DNA of 62,810 nucleotides, filler included, from Rhabdomonas costata (Eukaryota), in NCBI GenBank assembly GCA_019059605.1. It is 34 parts of 34 records of this genome, joined end to end, with 100 filler letters (N's around TTAATTAATTAA, not from the genome) between each part and the next. Parts side by side here need not be neighbours in the genome. Positions count along the whole stretch, not along the records: positions 37,014 to 38,763 come from JAHMHO010009608.1; positions 38,864 to 40,613 come from JAHMHO010009609.1; positions 40,714 to 42,472 come from JAHMHO010009610.1; positions 42,573 to 44,322 come from JAHMHO010009611.1; positions 44,423 to 46,172 come from JAHMHO010009612.1; positions 46,273 to 48,021 come from JAHMHO010009613.1; positions 48,122 to 49,871 come from JAHMHO010009614.1; 27 more parts are not named here. One strand, given 5' to 3'. The notes beneath the pieces are model-generated. The model ran no database searches. It was given only the letters and a program-made list of their open reading frames with translations, and was not told the origin of the DNA. This document shows positions 37,504 to 49,572 of the stretch, in pieces. The stretch's first letter is position 1. Every line of letters begins with the position of its first letter. The position numbers and the translations under genes are program-made.

Positions 37504-38646
37504 CTTCGGCCACTGACCCGCAGAGGGCCCAGCGGCAAGGGCACGTTGGGGAGTTCCGCAAGTTGATGCAGCTGAGGACGCGGCAGAGCCCTCAAAGGGC
37601 TGAGCCGATGTTCCCGAATTGGAGGCACGGAACCTGCGGACCCTCCGACGGACTCAAACGCCGCCACGGCGTCTTCCACGGATAGTGGAGTCAGCCACAC
37701 GCTGCAGTCGAAAAGAGTTACCCGAGCGATTCTCGGTGCCGCGCCAGCCGTGGGGGAAGGCGGGGGAGGAGGCGGTGGCAGCCCGGCAATCACCTCCTCC
37801 GCAGGCACGAACCCGACCTACCCGAATAGGACACCCATCAATCAAGAGTCCTCCACATGGACAGCGCAACAAAAGAAGAAAGAAGGACACACGAAAAACG
37901 AAGCAGGGGAATTGTACGCGCGCACGTGCAGGCACAGCACGGGCAAGAGAAAGAGGCACAGAAACCAGTTGCAAGGAAAAGCAGAGCCTCCCTCAATGCG
38001 CGATGAAGTCCCCAAACAAGACAACCCGTGCAGAATTGTGCCATCGAGTAAGAAGCCAATAAGAAACCGCAGATTGTGCGAGCTAACTGAACTTTTTTGT
38101 ATACAACAAAAACAAGTGAGGGTCCATCATTGAGGCGGTGGATCCCGGAGGCCTTTTGCTTTTTTTGTCACCAGATCTGAGCCGGTAGCCAGAAGAGCTA
38201 TGTTCTGAGAGCAGAGATAAGACTAAATGAATCCTCTTTATCCCTCGTTCGGCTGCCGACCTGTGCCCTTTCTATTCCACGGATGAGTCCACGTGCCGTC
38301 TCGCCTACTCGACACAAACCTGGAGGCTGCATTGACCCATACCTGCTTTTCGATTGTGACTGCTGCGCAGGACTTTTTTATAGAATGAAATTCGCATTGA
38401 TCTCCTGCCTTCTTGTCACAGCAATGAAGGATAAACCAAACCCACTGCGGAAATTAGCTGAATAGATGCAGAACCACGGTCAGTTTAAGCAGAAGTGCAG
38501 CACACCTGTACTGGAGAGGCAAGACTGATCCTGACTGTGAGCCCGTTGGGCAGCAGCTCCGAAGCCCGCACCACCCGAGCGGCTCTCCACTCGAACCCGA
38601 TCTCCTCAAGGGCGTCCTCCAGAGCCTCCTCCTCTCCCGCCCACGC
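37504..38646 (-). CDS. Two-exon fragment, unknown Pro-rich protein
   Basis: Exon 38506-38646 (AWAGEEEALEDALEEIGFEW...SPVQ) joins in phase 0 to an exon starting at 37817 (VGFVPAEEVIAGLPPPPPPP). Confidence 0.5.
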
Positions 38647-40713
38647 CTGACGTAAAAAACAAATGCGAAAAAAAAAGAGAAAATCGCAGAGGATGTCCCC
38701 TCCCCATAAAAGCCGAAAGCCTGGCCTCACACAGCACAATTCGAGGAAAGTCAACCCAAAAAANNNNNNNNNNNNNNNNNNNNNNNNNNNNNNNNNNNNN
38801 NNNNNNNTTAATTAATTAANNNNNNNNNNNNNNNNNNNNNNNNNNNNNNNNNNNNNNNNNNNNCCGGACCCGGGTTAAAATTTTCGAACCTTCGGGTTTT
38901 GATTTATATCAATCGGGGTGCAACGGAAAGAGGTTTGACACCTCGCCATGTTTTTTCGAGGTATGTTCCTTTCAAGATGCTCCCAAAGCACTGCAACCCA
39001 TTAGGTTGCAATGCAAGGCCGGCTTTCGACGCTGTCTCAGGCCCTCAAGTTGGCTTTGGCGGGCCATTTGCGCCGACCAGCGCTCAAAAAAGGGAGGAAA
39101 ACAAAACCGTTTACAAAAGCCGCAATACGAGGACGTGGTTGAAGTAATCTTGGTCGTGTTTGCATCGGGGGGGGATCGAGGCGATTGGTGGCCAGATTAA
39201 TGGTTAGACGCAGTGGCCTGGAAATTTTGTTCCGAAGAAATGGCTCCAGGGCGGATTCTTGGAGGGGGGGGGCAATTGTGACCCCAACCCAAGGAGCACT
39301 TTTTTAACAGCAGGAGCCACTTTGCGTTCAAGGGGATTCGACACCGGCAGGCTTTGGACGAAGCAAATCTTAAGAGAGGATGGAAAATACAACAAAAGGT
39401 CGGAAGGGGGAAAGGCCCGAATCTAAAAGAGGGAGGCTTTCAGGAGAGGCGCGCGGGCATACGAAGGAAACAGGCGGCAGGAGGCGCAGGGAAGGGCAAA
39501 AAAGGGGGCGAGGCCGCAGGTCTCGCGCCAAGGCGCGGGCAGCCAGAAAAGCCCATCACAGCAACGCACGGGGAGAACACACACAGAAGCCGTAAAGACG
39601 AATCCCAGAAAAACAGGCACGCCAGGGGGGTGCAACAGCTTTTACAAGGGGGGCGCGAAAGCAATGCGCGAGGCGGCCGGAGGCAAAAACAGAAACAGTG
39701 CAGAGAACAAGAGGTGATTTCCAGGTACCACGACTCACACGCAGAATTGGGGGTGTCATTGAGGAGTGGCCATGACGGCCGCCCCATCAAGCGGAGGTGT
39801 GGTTTGATGAGGTCTCAATATTGTCGTTTTCATTTTGGAATTTCGACTCTCGACCGACTGCTCGAGGCTATTCAGCTTCAAAGCTTCAAGGTTCAGCGGA
39901 CAACTGCCCAGTTGCCAATGAGTTCCAAAACGCAGGAGCATATGGTTGAAAGAAGAAGAAGATCCACTTGCAAAAGAGCCCTTTTGCCATTTACATTTAC
40001 ACCTACCCACAATCTACGTTCAACGTGCAAATGCTTACTCCAACACCCAGCTGAATCCAGGTTTCCGCAGTTTTGGAGATCATCAAAATGGGAGTTTCAG
40101 GGCAATCCAATGACCGACCCATTGCAAAAGGTTGACCAACCACTGAAGCGTGGGCTGGAAAGGTCCCGACGACCATTGTGCCAGTGCAACTGCTGTTGTG
40201 ACAAGGAGCAGAACGTGGGAAACAACTGACAGCGGGATGGGTGAATGGGTGGGGGGTGGGGAACAAAAATTGCATACATCAGGAGGGTGCAGACTTCAAC
40301 AAGCAGGCGACAGCCGGCAAAGATCTTCGCAAAAAAGGAGTTGCATTGGGGGGGATCTCATCTGCGGGGAGCTTTTGTTCTGGAGCAGAATCAAACATGC
40401 AATGAAATATCCAGAATAAGCCACATGTGGTCCAGGAGACTCGAAGTGCTCACAGCCGTACACGAACAAAGTGTGGGTAAAGATACAATACATTGAGACA
40501 CTCCTCTTTTCTTTTCTGTCTGTTTACTTGGGCAAGGCTGCTCCCTTTCCCTCCCTCCCTCTTCTCACTCATTCGATCTCTCTGTAATTTCCCGAGCTGT
40601 GAGCGCCAAACCANNNNNNNNNNNNNNNNNNNNNNNNNNNNNNNNNNNNNNNNNNNNTTAATTAATTAANNNNNNNNNNNNNNNNNNNNNNNNNNNNNNN
40701 NNNNNNNNNNNNN

Positions 40714-40745
<32 letters not shown>
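40714..40745. repeat. (TG)16 microsatellite at contig start
   Basis: Perfect dinucleotide run. Confidence 0.9.
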
Positions 40746-40746
<1 letters not shown>

Positions 40747-40906
40747 ACCACACCCTCATGTGCTCATGTGGGTGCCATCAAAGAGGGTGTGGGATGGAAT
40801 GAGGTGGGGGTGAGGGCGGCAAGAATGGAGGCATTCTGAAAGGAATGTGGTGGGCGGATCCCAGCTTCGGATAAATGCAATTTTTTGGTGGGAGGAAAGA
40901 AAGTAC

Positions 40907-41617
40907 CGTTGGGTTTGGCATTCGAAAGCCCGGGAAGGGCTCAACCTTCGAATAATCCATCTGCGCAAGGAGCGACGAAACTTGAAAGTGCGCGTGAGGG
41001 TTTGGGGTCGGGCGAGTGACAAGACACAAAATTAACTACAAAACAAAAAACATACCAAATTATACAAAAAGAACCATCACCTCATTCACCTGTTTTATTT
41101 CTGAGGAAGAGGATTCTGGGTCCGGATCCTAAATGACGTGATTCTCTCCACTGATGGAGGAGAGTTTCCTTTATCCTGTATCTCAACATCTCGATAGCGA
41201 TGGAAGGGCCCCTCTCATTTCACACCTGAGCGGGAAGAAAAAACGTGTCTCCCACCAGGGCGTCCTTCTTGCGGGACATGCCCATCTCAATGTACCCGAC
41301 TTGTCCGCAAAGGCTGTCGGGTTGAGGGAAGGGCAGAACCCGTGGAAAAAACAATCCCCCTTCGTTTCAAACAGGTGCAATTCTGGAGCCTTGTTGATTA
41401 CCATCTTTTGAACTTTGCTGGCTAAGGTAATCATACGGCGGCGAGTTTAGGATTTTAGTTAAGTTTAGTTTAGGATAGCTAAGGTCCATCAAAAAAATAG
41501 CACACATGCGACCGCAGGGGGCATACAGGCGGCCAGTGTTTGTAGGCTCGGGGTGCATGATCCCGATGTTGCTGATGGTGTACTTCTGCTTCGTCGCATA
41601 GGACATCACTACGTCTC
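40907..41617 (-). CDS. GUF1: Organellar translation factor GUF1/LepA (EF-4), three exons
   Basis: Exons 41527-41617 (GDVVMSYATKQKYTISNIGIMHP), 41226-41313 (LCGQVGYIEMGM...ALVGDTF), 40907-40960 (VEPFPGFRMPNPT) match LepA domain II-III motifs GQVGY, GDT, EPLPGF. Confidence 0.88.
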
Positions 41618-42341
41618 CTATGAGTGAATGTGGGAGGAGAGGAGCCCGAAAGCCCAAAATCGTTCCCGTCGCGCTCTTACTGCAGACTTTTCACCTCACC
41701 CCAACAGTTGGAAAAAAAGGTCCCTGTGCAGGGGCAAAGCTGACAGGAAATACTCTCTGAATTAATTACATCAGGATTTTCGGAGGAGTGTGCTTGCGAG
41801 CCCATGTAAGTGACTATTTACAAGGGTGTGTGTGTGGGGAGGGCACGTTATTTTGTGGTGTGGGAAGGCTGAGGGAAAGCAGATCCCGGGGCACAAAGAC
41901 GCATACCTTTGCGAAAAGCTCCCTGTTTCACGCACACCAGCAGCATGATTCCTGCGGTCCGAGAAACAGGACTGATTGGAGAAAGGCTTAACGCACTTGA
42001 TGCATACACGTACGGCAGAAAAAAACTGGGTTCATTCAATCTTGTCAAATATTCAAAATCACTGCGAAACTGCGCCAGGAAACATTTTCTGGGCATCTTT
42101 GTGACACCCATTTTTCTGACCTTTTCTTTTCAGGAGTTTCGATCTCGGTGATGATGATGTTCAAGTCCCATCCATCGTTTCGCATCTTCGCTTTAACCAA
42201 CCGTGTATACAGCTCACCTCCCTCTTGCACTGATTTCACCATCACCATCACCTCCATCAAATTCCTACTTTGCCACTCTCTTCATCTTTTCAGCATTTAA
42301 AGGTCACCTCAGTGCTTGGGGCTGTTAAAATTGAGGAGGCA

Positions 42342-42466
42342 GTGGAACAGTGAACCTAACCCCCTTTTCGCTAAAATAACATCTAGTGAGTTCAGGCACA
42401 GTTAACCGAATCCCGTGCTGAGAAAATGCGCTTTTTAGGAAAAGGGGGTTAGGTTCACTGTTCCAC
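42342..42466. mobile_element. MITE-like element, 28-bp inverted repeats
   Basis: gtggaacagtgaacctaacccccttttc / gaaaagggggttaggttcactgttccac; left end reads CAGTGGAAC, reminiscent of Tc1/mariner termini. Confidence 0.7.
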
Positions 42467-42741
42467 AACCACNNNNNNNNNNNNNNNNNNNNNNNNNNNN
42501 NNNNNNNNNNNNNNNNTTAATTAATTAANNNNNNNNNNNNNNNNNNNNNNNNNNNNNNNNNNNNNNNNNNNNGTGGGGGTTTGGAAAGAGGCCAGAGCGC
42601 AGCGGAGGAAGAGCTCTTGGCACGAGAGGAGCGCGTGTCGGAATAACCGGCTGGCCACAACCGACGGGCACAGAAAGGCAAAGAGAAGAACAGGTGAGAG
42701 ATAACGGGCAAGGTTTTGGGGGTCCATTCCTCAGGAGGCAC

Positions 42742-44290
42742 GCCCGTCAGCAAGGCCAGCGCTCCGCTGGGGAGGTGCAGAGCCGGGACCTGCCCCAGCA
42801 GCAGCAGAACCTGCAGGGCGGCCGCTGTGGCCAGGGCGAGGGGTAACAGAGCCCGCCGTAAGACAGTAGCAACGGCAGGTACGCACAGCAGCCCAAGCAG
42901 CAGCAGGACCGAGCTGAGGATGGAGGGCCACCCCAGGCTGAGTCCGAACAGCCCAAGGACCTGCATCCCAATACCGAAAATGCTCTCGAAAACACCAAGC
43001 TCCACATCTCCGCGATGCATCCACACATACACACGGTGCGAGGTTCTGGATGTATGCGGACGGAGAGGAATGCAAGTGCCATGTGGGTTAGCACTCACAT
43101 ATCACCCGTTTTATCTGAAAGGCTTTTGGCGCCCTTCAACCACTAGCAGCAAAATGTGGGAAATTCTCTGAAGCGTGAATGCTTCTTACCGGGAAAAAAG
43201 CGGCACTCAATCCACCTACTCTTATTTGACGGAAAGTTACAGGTTACAATAATGCAGAAAAAATGAAAATTCCCCTCCCCAAAACCTATTTTTTTTTTGA
43301 AAACATACCCCATTTGGCAAAGATTTTCCTCCTTTTTTTTTTCATCAAACGAGCAATATCGAACGAAAAGGCGGCACGATGACCAGACTTGTGACAGCAA
43401 AAGAAACGGAAGAAGGCTTTCCCCGAGTACGGGGAGCCATTCTGTTGCTACGATGTTCGTGGGTAGTACCACAATTCAGCCCATCGTGCACACCGAGGTC
43501 GCCACTGTGGCCCAATGGAGGTGCCCGCGCGCGCCACTTAGGGCCGCAACAAGTGCAGAGCCCCGCTGGGATGTCCACTGGCGCTCCAGCAGGGGCAGCA
43601 GCAGCACCAGCAGCAACATGGATTCCTGAAAGAGTCCATTCCCCGGGAAACCCTTCCCTTCACAAGCTCACTTCAACCCAGTGCATTAATACGGTTCTGT
43701 TTTGGCGGCACAATTGCAGAAATATTTCAGAAAGACAACCCAATAAAATAATGCAACCCGTTCGTACAATACGGCCCGCTTCTCTTTTAAAAGACACTTT
43801 TAGAATTTCTGACATCCCATCATCAATCGAGAACAGTGTGAAAAGGGGTCGCATTGAGCTTTGAACTTTTTTGTCGGATTGATTTTTGTAGCGGTTCACG
43901 TTGAGCTTCGAATTTTCAGGCAATTTCAAAACTCTTGGCTGACACTGAGTTCAACTTAAAGGATGTTTGACATCTCCACCACGAAGAAAAAATGCATTGA
44001 ATTTGGGGGCAGGTCGGATGATTCATGCAGGATGCGTCACCAAGTCCGAAACGTTTGTGATGAAAAAGGGACGATGCCCATTTCCTCTTGCGGCCCATTC
44101 CCACGCGTGCCTGCCTGGCGAAGTGCAACAGGTCTAGCGCAGGGGCGCCCAGCAGGAGCTGTGCTCCAGGGGCCGCCCTGGTCTCGCGCAGAAGGCTCAG
44201 CTGCAGCACCGCCTGGACTACGGCCAGCGCCGCCGCAAACACCCGCACCGCGGCCAGCCCCCCACGCAGTCCTCCACGGTTTGGGGCCTG
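42742..44290 (-). CDS. Leu/Ala-rich polytopic membrane protein fragment, three exons
   Basis: Exons ~44111-44290, 43494-43625 and ~42742-42960 join in phase 0; several hydrophobic helices (VLGLFGLSLGWPSILSSVLLLLGLL). Confidence 0.55.
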
Positions 44291-45320
44291 CACAGCCTCC
44301 AAGAACCCAACACACCCACCACNNNNNNNNNNNNNNNNNNNNNNNNNNNNNNNNNNNNNNNNNNNNTTAATTAATTAANNNNNNNNNNNNNNNNNNNNNN
44401 NNNNNNNNNNNNNNNNNNNNNNGGGGGGTGGTTTGCGGAATCCGATGTCAGGAACACGTGAGGTTACTTGCGGAGAGCCCTCCACCGTGATTCGGAGACG
44501 GTATGAAAGTCAATTCCTTCTTAGATCAACCAGATTGCTCTCAGAAGCAAGTGCTTCATCAGATGGCATGAGGAGTGCTGTCTGAGGAGGAGGTCTTCAG
44601 AGTGCTCGAGGCATCGGAGTGTCCCCGGACACGAGACATGCGGAGTGTCCCACGTGAGTCCACGCAGCAGCCGACATACTCAGAGAGACCTGGTCTGTGG
44701 AGAACATTGTCTCGCTTTGTTTGCCAATTTTTTCAGCCAGCTTCGCGACATCTTGATGAGAGAATTCGATTCTGAAGACAGTAGGTTGTCCCGTACCAGC
44801 CGATATCAGAGTTTTCATCAGAAAAATCAAAAAATCGATTGCCCATCCATACATCGTCCGGAAACCAGCCCAAGCGGATGATGCAGTATGGCAACCAGCA
44901 CGAGCCCAGCTAAAGCCGAGTGGACACACGTCGCTCACGCGTTGTCTTAGGACACACCAAAAGCACGTCCTTCGTCCACACCGGCAGCTCCGGTGTCTTA
45001 GAGATCAATTGCTCCACATTTGTACCTTTTGTGTGCAGTGGTTGCTGAACCGTCGAAGCATAGGATGGGAAAGGAGCTTATTCGTGTTCCTGTTGCGAAA
45101 GCTATCCGGAGTTCATTATCATCCCTCCCACCATCTCTTTCTCATTCCGAATATGTACATAACCAGCAACTGGAGTTGATTATAGTCCATCCCACCATCT
45201 CTTCCTCCTTCTGAGTATGTACATAACCAGCAACTGAATGCCACTGTGCCCACTCCCAATCATGAGTCAACCCCTCTAGTGCTCGGTACACATCCGGCTG
45301 CTCCGCAGAAGGTTTCTGAG

Positions 45321-45711
45321 GTGAAAACTCTGCTCGTGAAATGTCTCAGCAGCAAGGCTGTTTTGCCACGACGAAGCACCACACTGCCTCAGGTTTTGAC
45401 CTTGCCAGTGCAGAAGATGTGGTTATGGCAGGTGGAGACAATGCACTTATTCCCAGCATGTATGGACGCGTTGCCTCGCGCAGTTGGTCGGACTGGAAGC
45501 ACGACATTTCGGCTGGAGCGGGAGTGACTGATCAAGACTACCGAGGGAATGTGAAGATCTTGCTGTTCATCCACGGAATTAGGATTATCACGTCAAGAAG
45601 GGTGATCGTGTGGCGCAATAGCTGTTGGAGGGCATTGCGGCACCCCCCGTCCGCGTTGTTCCACAACAGCCGGGGAGCGTGCGAGGTGAAGTTGGTTTTG
45701 GATCCTATGGT
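45321..45711 (+). pseudogene. dut: Trimeric dUTPase pseudogene, intronless
   Basis: All five motifs visible: SGFDL, YGRVASRS, GVTDQDYRG, GDRVAQ, RGEVGFGSYG; two frameshifts, an in-frame TAG and a short deletion after ALIP. Confidence 0.9.
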
Positions 45712-47076
45712 ACCCTCGGCCGCTACTGGTGTTTCCAAGCAGCTAACCGCAGAAGCAATCGACCAATCGACACACGGCAATTGGACGTACGGCATGTGTC
45801 GTATTCCATTTTGGCCGCTCGGAATTGGAAAATGCTTCTTCTTGGATAGCTCTAAAGGTTGCCCTTGCGAGCAATTTTGTCTTGCCCAACGGGTTTTCAG
45901 CTAACCTTCGGGAGCTCTTCTCCAGCCAGCACCAAAACCACATGCGGTGTTCCCGCCCAGTTGGATGGAGGAGCCGCTCTCCACCATGTCTGGCTGCTAC
46001 TGTCGGGCAGAGGTGGAACATTCTGATCGGGGAAGGCGGGCGCTTGCCGCCGACACCAAACGGAAGATGGACGAAGCGTTCTGCGCGCAAAGGGGCTGAT
46101 CATGAATATTGATCCAACGCCCTCTTGCCATCCAGGTCAGACAGTACACCCAAAAAGTGCTCAAACCCAACANNNNNNNNNNNNNNNNNNNNNNNNNNNN
46201 NNNNNNNNNNNNNNNNTTAATTAATTAANNNNNNNNNNNNNNNNNNNNNNNNNNNNNNNNNNNNNNNNNNNNTTTTTGGCAGTACGCGGCGGCGTATCTT
46301 TGCTCAGTAAATAGTTTGCCGACAAAGTAGGCCAAGAACGCCGCTCTCCGTCTCCTTCCACTGGTCGGTCCTTTCCTCTTCGCGCCAAAAGTCTGCCGTT
46401 ATTGGCACGGAGGGGTTGCACCTCGATTTTGTCTGTGTTTGCTGGTGGTGTTCGTGTTTGCGTGCCCCTTTGCCGAGCACTGGGGCTTGAGACCGGGCCG
46501 TGTTTGTTTTCTGGGCGGCTCAATGCCAGGAAAAGACATTGAACCGATATGGTTGCGGACGACAGCCGGGTAGGCGGCAACGTTTCCCAATAAGGGACTT
46601 CAAGCGCGGAAGTGGGTACGGCTGCTGATTGACAGGGGATGTTTGCGGGCGGGAACGGCAAGCAAAAAAGCCGACAGAAGAACCGGGAATACCCAAAAAC
46701 CGAAACGGACAAAAGGACTACCAATCCGAAGGCAAGAAACTAAACAAACAAGACAGAGGGGCACAACGCTTTGCTGGAAAACCATCTGCGTCAGAATTGC
46801 CAACTGCTCCAGTTCGTTACTTGAGGCAATGAGAAGAGTGGCCGCAAATTCACGCTGACTATGGAGAATCATGATCCGCTCTTCGCGCCGGCACCGAAGG
46901 GTTTGGTCACATAAGATGTTATCACGCAATTTTTTTTTGTTACCTAGCAATGGAACGAACATACCCAACAGCTTGGACTTAAACCCCTACGTAGAGCCCA
47001 CTAGAAAAATATTGACAGAATGATCCGAAAAGTGCACAAAAACGAGGCAGCTCGCCAGCCACGGTACCAGCAGGCA

Positions 47077-47889
47077 TCACCGTGAGAACCGCACTGCCCA
47101 TTTCTTCACGTGCTCAGCCACCACGGGGTCGTCCAGGACTGCCATTGAGGCAAGCTGCTCCTCTGCTTCATCTGTCCTACCTACCGACGCGAGAAGCTCA
47201 ACCCGCTTCCCCAAAAACTGCACAGCAGCCAGCCGTACTCCGCGGTCGGAAAGGGAAATGAGCTTGTCTCCGGCAACAATACCAAGACTCTCCGAGGAGG
47301 CTAAGAGGTCCTCTGCACCAAAACCAACGCCCTCGCAGTGCAGGAGCAAAGCATAACCCGCGTTCAGAGCAGCTATACTGGTGGGCAGGTCGATCTGCTC
47401 TAGGAGAGCGCAAGCGCATTGTTCCAATAATTTAGAAAGGTCTGACTTCGCTTCGGCCTCAGCCGAGCGGTGAAAGTACGCGCACCGGAAAGCTTCCTCG
47501 GCGCATTTCAGCGATGCGGAGTTCAAGCCCAACCGTCCAGCTACGGATTGTTCATTTGCAATCGGGTCCACTTCCTCCATGGTCATCTGGTCTTCAGAGC
47601 ACTCCACACCCATAGGCTGCCTTGCTAGAACCCTGAGCAGAGAGGATAGGACTGGGCGAAAGGGTAGGTCATCTTGAACTGATGGCGACACCTGAAGATA
47701 CTTGCGCGATGATTGCAGAAGGCGCCGCAGAGCTTGGCACGCAGACTTCCGGTAACTTTCCTGTCCCCGCCCACATTCTTGAAGCACAATGGCGGCGCTG
47801 AGGCCAAGTTTTGGCAAAAGATGAGGAGCGGCCTCCACCGAAGGGAAGCAGCAAGTGTCGAAAAACTTTACTGCGGCGTCCAGCAGGTG
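47077..47889 (-). CDS. Terminal exon of a HEAT/ARM-repeat protein, ECM29-like
   Basis: 270-codon open exon after tttcag; IVLQECGRGQESYRKSACQALRRLL resembles the ECM29 vlkEc.k....Yk..A pattern; RGVRLAAVQFL is HEAT-like. Confidence 0.5.
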   Translation of the reverse strand, partial: HLLDAAVKFFDTCCFPSVEAAPHLLPKLGLSAAIVLQECGRGQESYRKSACQALRRLLQSSRKYLQVSPSVQDDLPFRPVLSSLLRVLARQPMGVECSEDQMTMEEVDPIANEQSVAGRLGLNSASLKCAEEAFRCAYFHRSAEAEAKSDLSKLLEQCACALLEQIDLPTSIAALNAGYALLLHCEGVGFGAEDLLASSESLGIVAGDKLISLSDRGVRLAAVQFLGKRVELLASVGRTDEAEEQLASMAVLDDPVVAEHVKKWAVRFSR

Positions 47890-48554
47890 CTGAAAATGCA
47901 AAATATATCAAATTAGCGCACGAGCGAAAGCAACCCAAAAATGACACAAAATAGGCACAACCCCGCAGGCAACACATGTACGATTCATTCCACCTCCGTA
48001 AAACGCCGATCACCCAACAACNNNNNNNNNNNNNNNNNNNNNNNNNNNNNNNNNNNNNNNNNNNNTTAATTAATTAANNNNNNNNNNNNNNNNNNNNNNN
48101 NNNNNNNNNNNNNNNNNNNNNGGGGGGTGGTGTGAACAAATTGGTGGTTTTCGACCTCTATTGAAACCTCTGAAAGTGGACGGTGGCTCATAACATCTAT
48201 CTCAGCATTTGTTGATCCCCCCAATTGACGGTGTTTGGTGCAGAAGGATAAATCTCCATAAGAGGAAGTGGGACATTTGCCTAAGGTTCGGAAGTGGCCT
48301 GTGAAGCCAGAAAGTTCCACAGAGTTGTGTGAGTGGCGTGTGATGGCGGAAGATCTTTCAGAGGAGATGTCATAGGATTGTGCAGAAACAACGGTCAACA
48401 GTATTTGGAGAGTGGCACGTAATACCCCCGTTCCGTTGTTCGTCTTGCCATTACAGTGGAACTTAAGGGAGGTGATTGAGTTACTTTCAGATCTTCCAGA
48501 CCATCACCACCTCATCCGTTGATGTTCCTTCCGTTGTGGGTTTGGAATAAACAG

Positions 48555-49572
48555 ATAAATGCTCTATTGGATTCATGAACTTCAGATTTGTTTACAAGTC
48601 AATAAGTGGTACGAGATTCCGTTTTTTGCATCAAAGGCAAATGGGTAAGGACTACCTGTGTAATGACTACCCATGTTGTGCGAACTGTTGGAACGTTGTG
48701 TACCATGCCGATTGAGTTGTTTTTGAGAGAGTGATTCAGGCGGCAATTCCAGTTGTACTGGGCTATCCGTTTTTTACGATGCTAAATCCGCAGATTGATT
48801 GGAAGCGTAGGTATGTCAAGGTTTGGAAAGGCGGAAGGATTCACGGCATTCAGGCACTTTCAGCAGTGGATTATTACATAATTACGTGTCCAAACACAGG
48901 GATTATGGTGGCAGATCCGGAGGAAGTTTTTCCAGAGTTTCAACAGATCTGTATGGAAATGGTTGTGCTCCTGTGTTCCATAGTAGCAGTGGAGGATGGA
49001 AGCGACACTCCATATTACCCAGGCATCAACACGGCTAGATGTCGTTTGGGTGCGGAAAGAAGCAATCCTGAAGCGATCCTTGCGGAGTCTCTTCCATAGT
49101 TGATTCCAGATGTTGTTATTTCCACAGTAGAGGTGGAAGAGGTCACTTTGACTAAGCAGTACCAGTGATTCATAGTTATGGCTCAGGAGACTAAGTGGAA
49201 TGTCAAAGGAAGTTGCTAGATTCGCCAAGGAAGTAATTTGGGAAGTTAATCAAGGAGGTGGAACACAGCATTTGTGGCACACCTTTACCAACACCTCCAG
49301 ATATCGGGACGTTAAATCAATAATTTTCTTTCAACTGCCAATAAAACTACCCAGTGCATGAGAAGATGCTAGTTTTAGTGGACACGTTACAAGAATGAAA
49401 GCATTATCCTTTGGGCTCAGATGTAAGAGTTCACGCGGATAACTTAGCGTTAAGCTATTTGCCTTCGCCAATGCATGTGAGTTGGTTGTATAGACTACAG
49501 GGGTATACTTTGAAGATCTACCACATTCACGGAAGTCACAATGTTTCTGCGGATGCCATATCTAGGCACCCA
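48555..49572 (+). mobile_element. Ty3/gypsy pol relic (protease + RNase H, most of RT deleted)
   Basis: INALLDS* (protease), VVLGYPFFTMLNPQIDW, then NYPVHEK...*KHYPLG...HADNLALSYL...IYHIHGSHNVSADAISR (RNase H); stops and frameshifts. Confidence 0.88.

Noticed and set aside
39354-40229. 291-aa ORF
   Set aside because: Low-complexity purine-rich sequence with no motif or codon bias; probably the antisense of pyrimidine-rich non-coding or decayed element DNA.
41307-41526. Apparent non-canonical (euglenid-type) intron in GUF1 joining LYA to GQVG
   Set aside because: A canonical GTATGC...ACAG intron at 41314-41526 gives GRLLCGQVG with the same length and frame.
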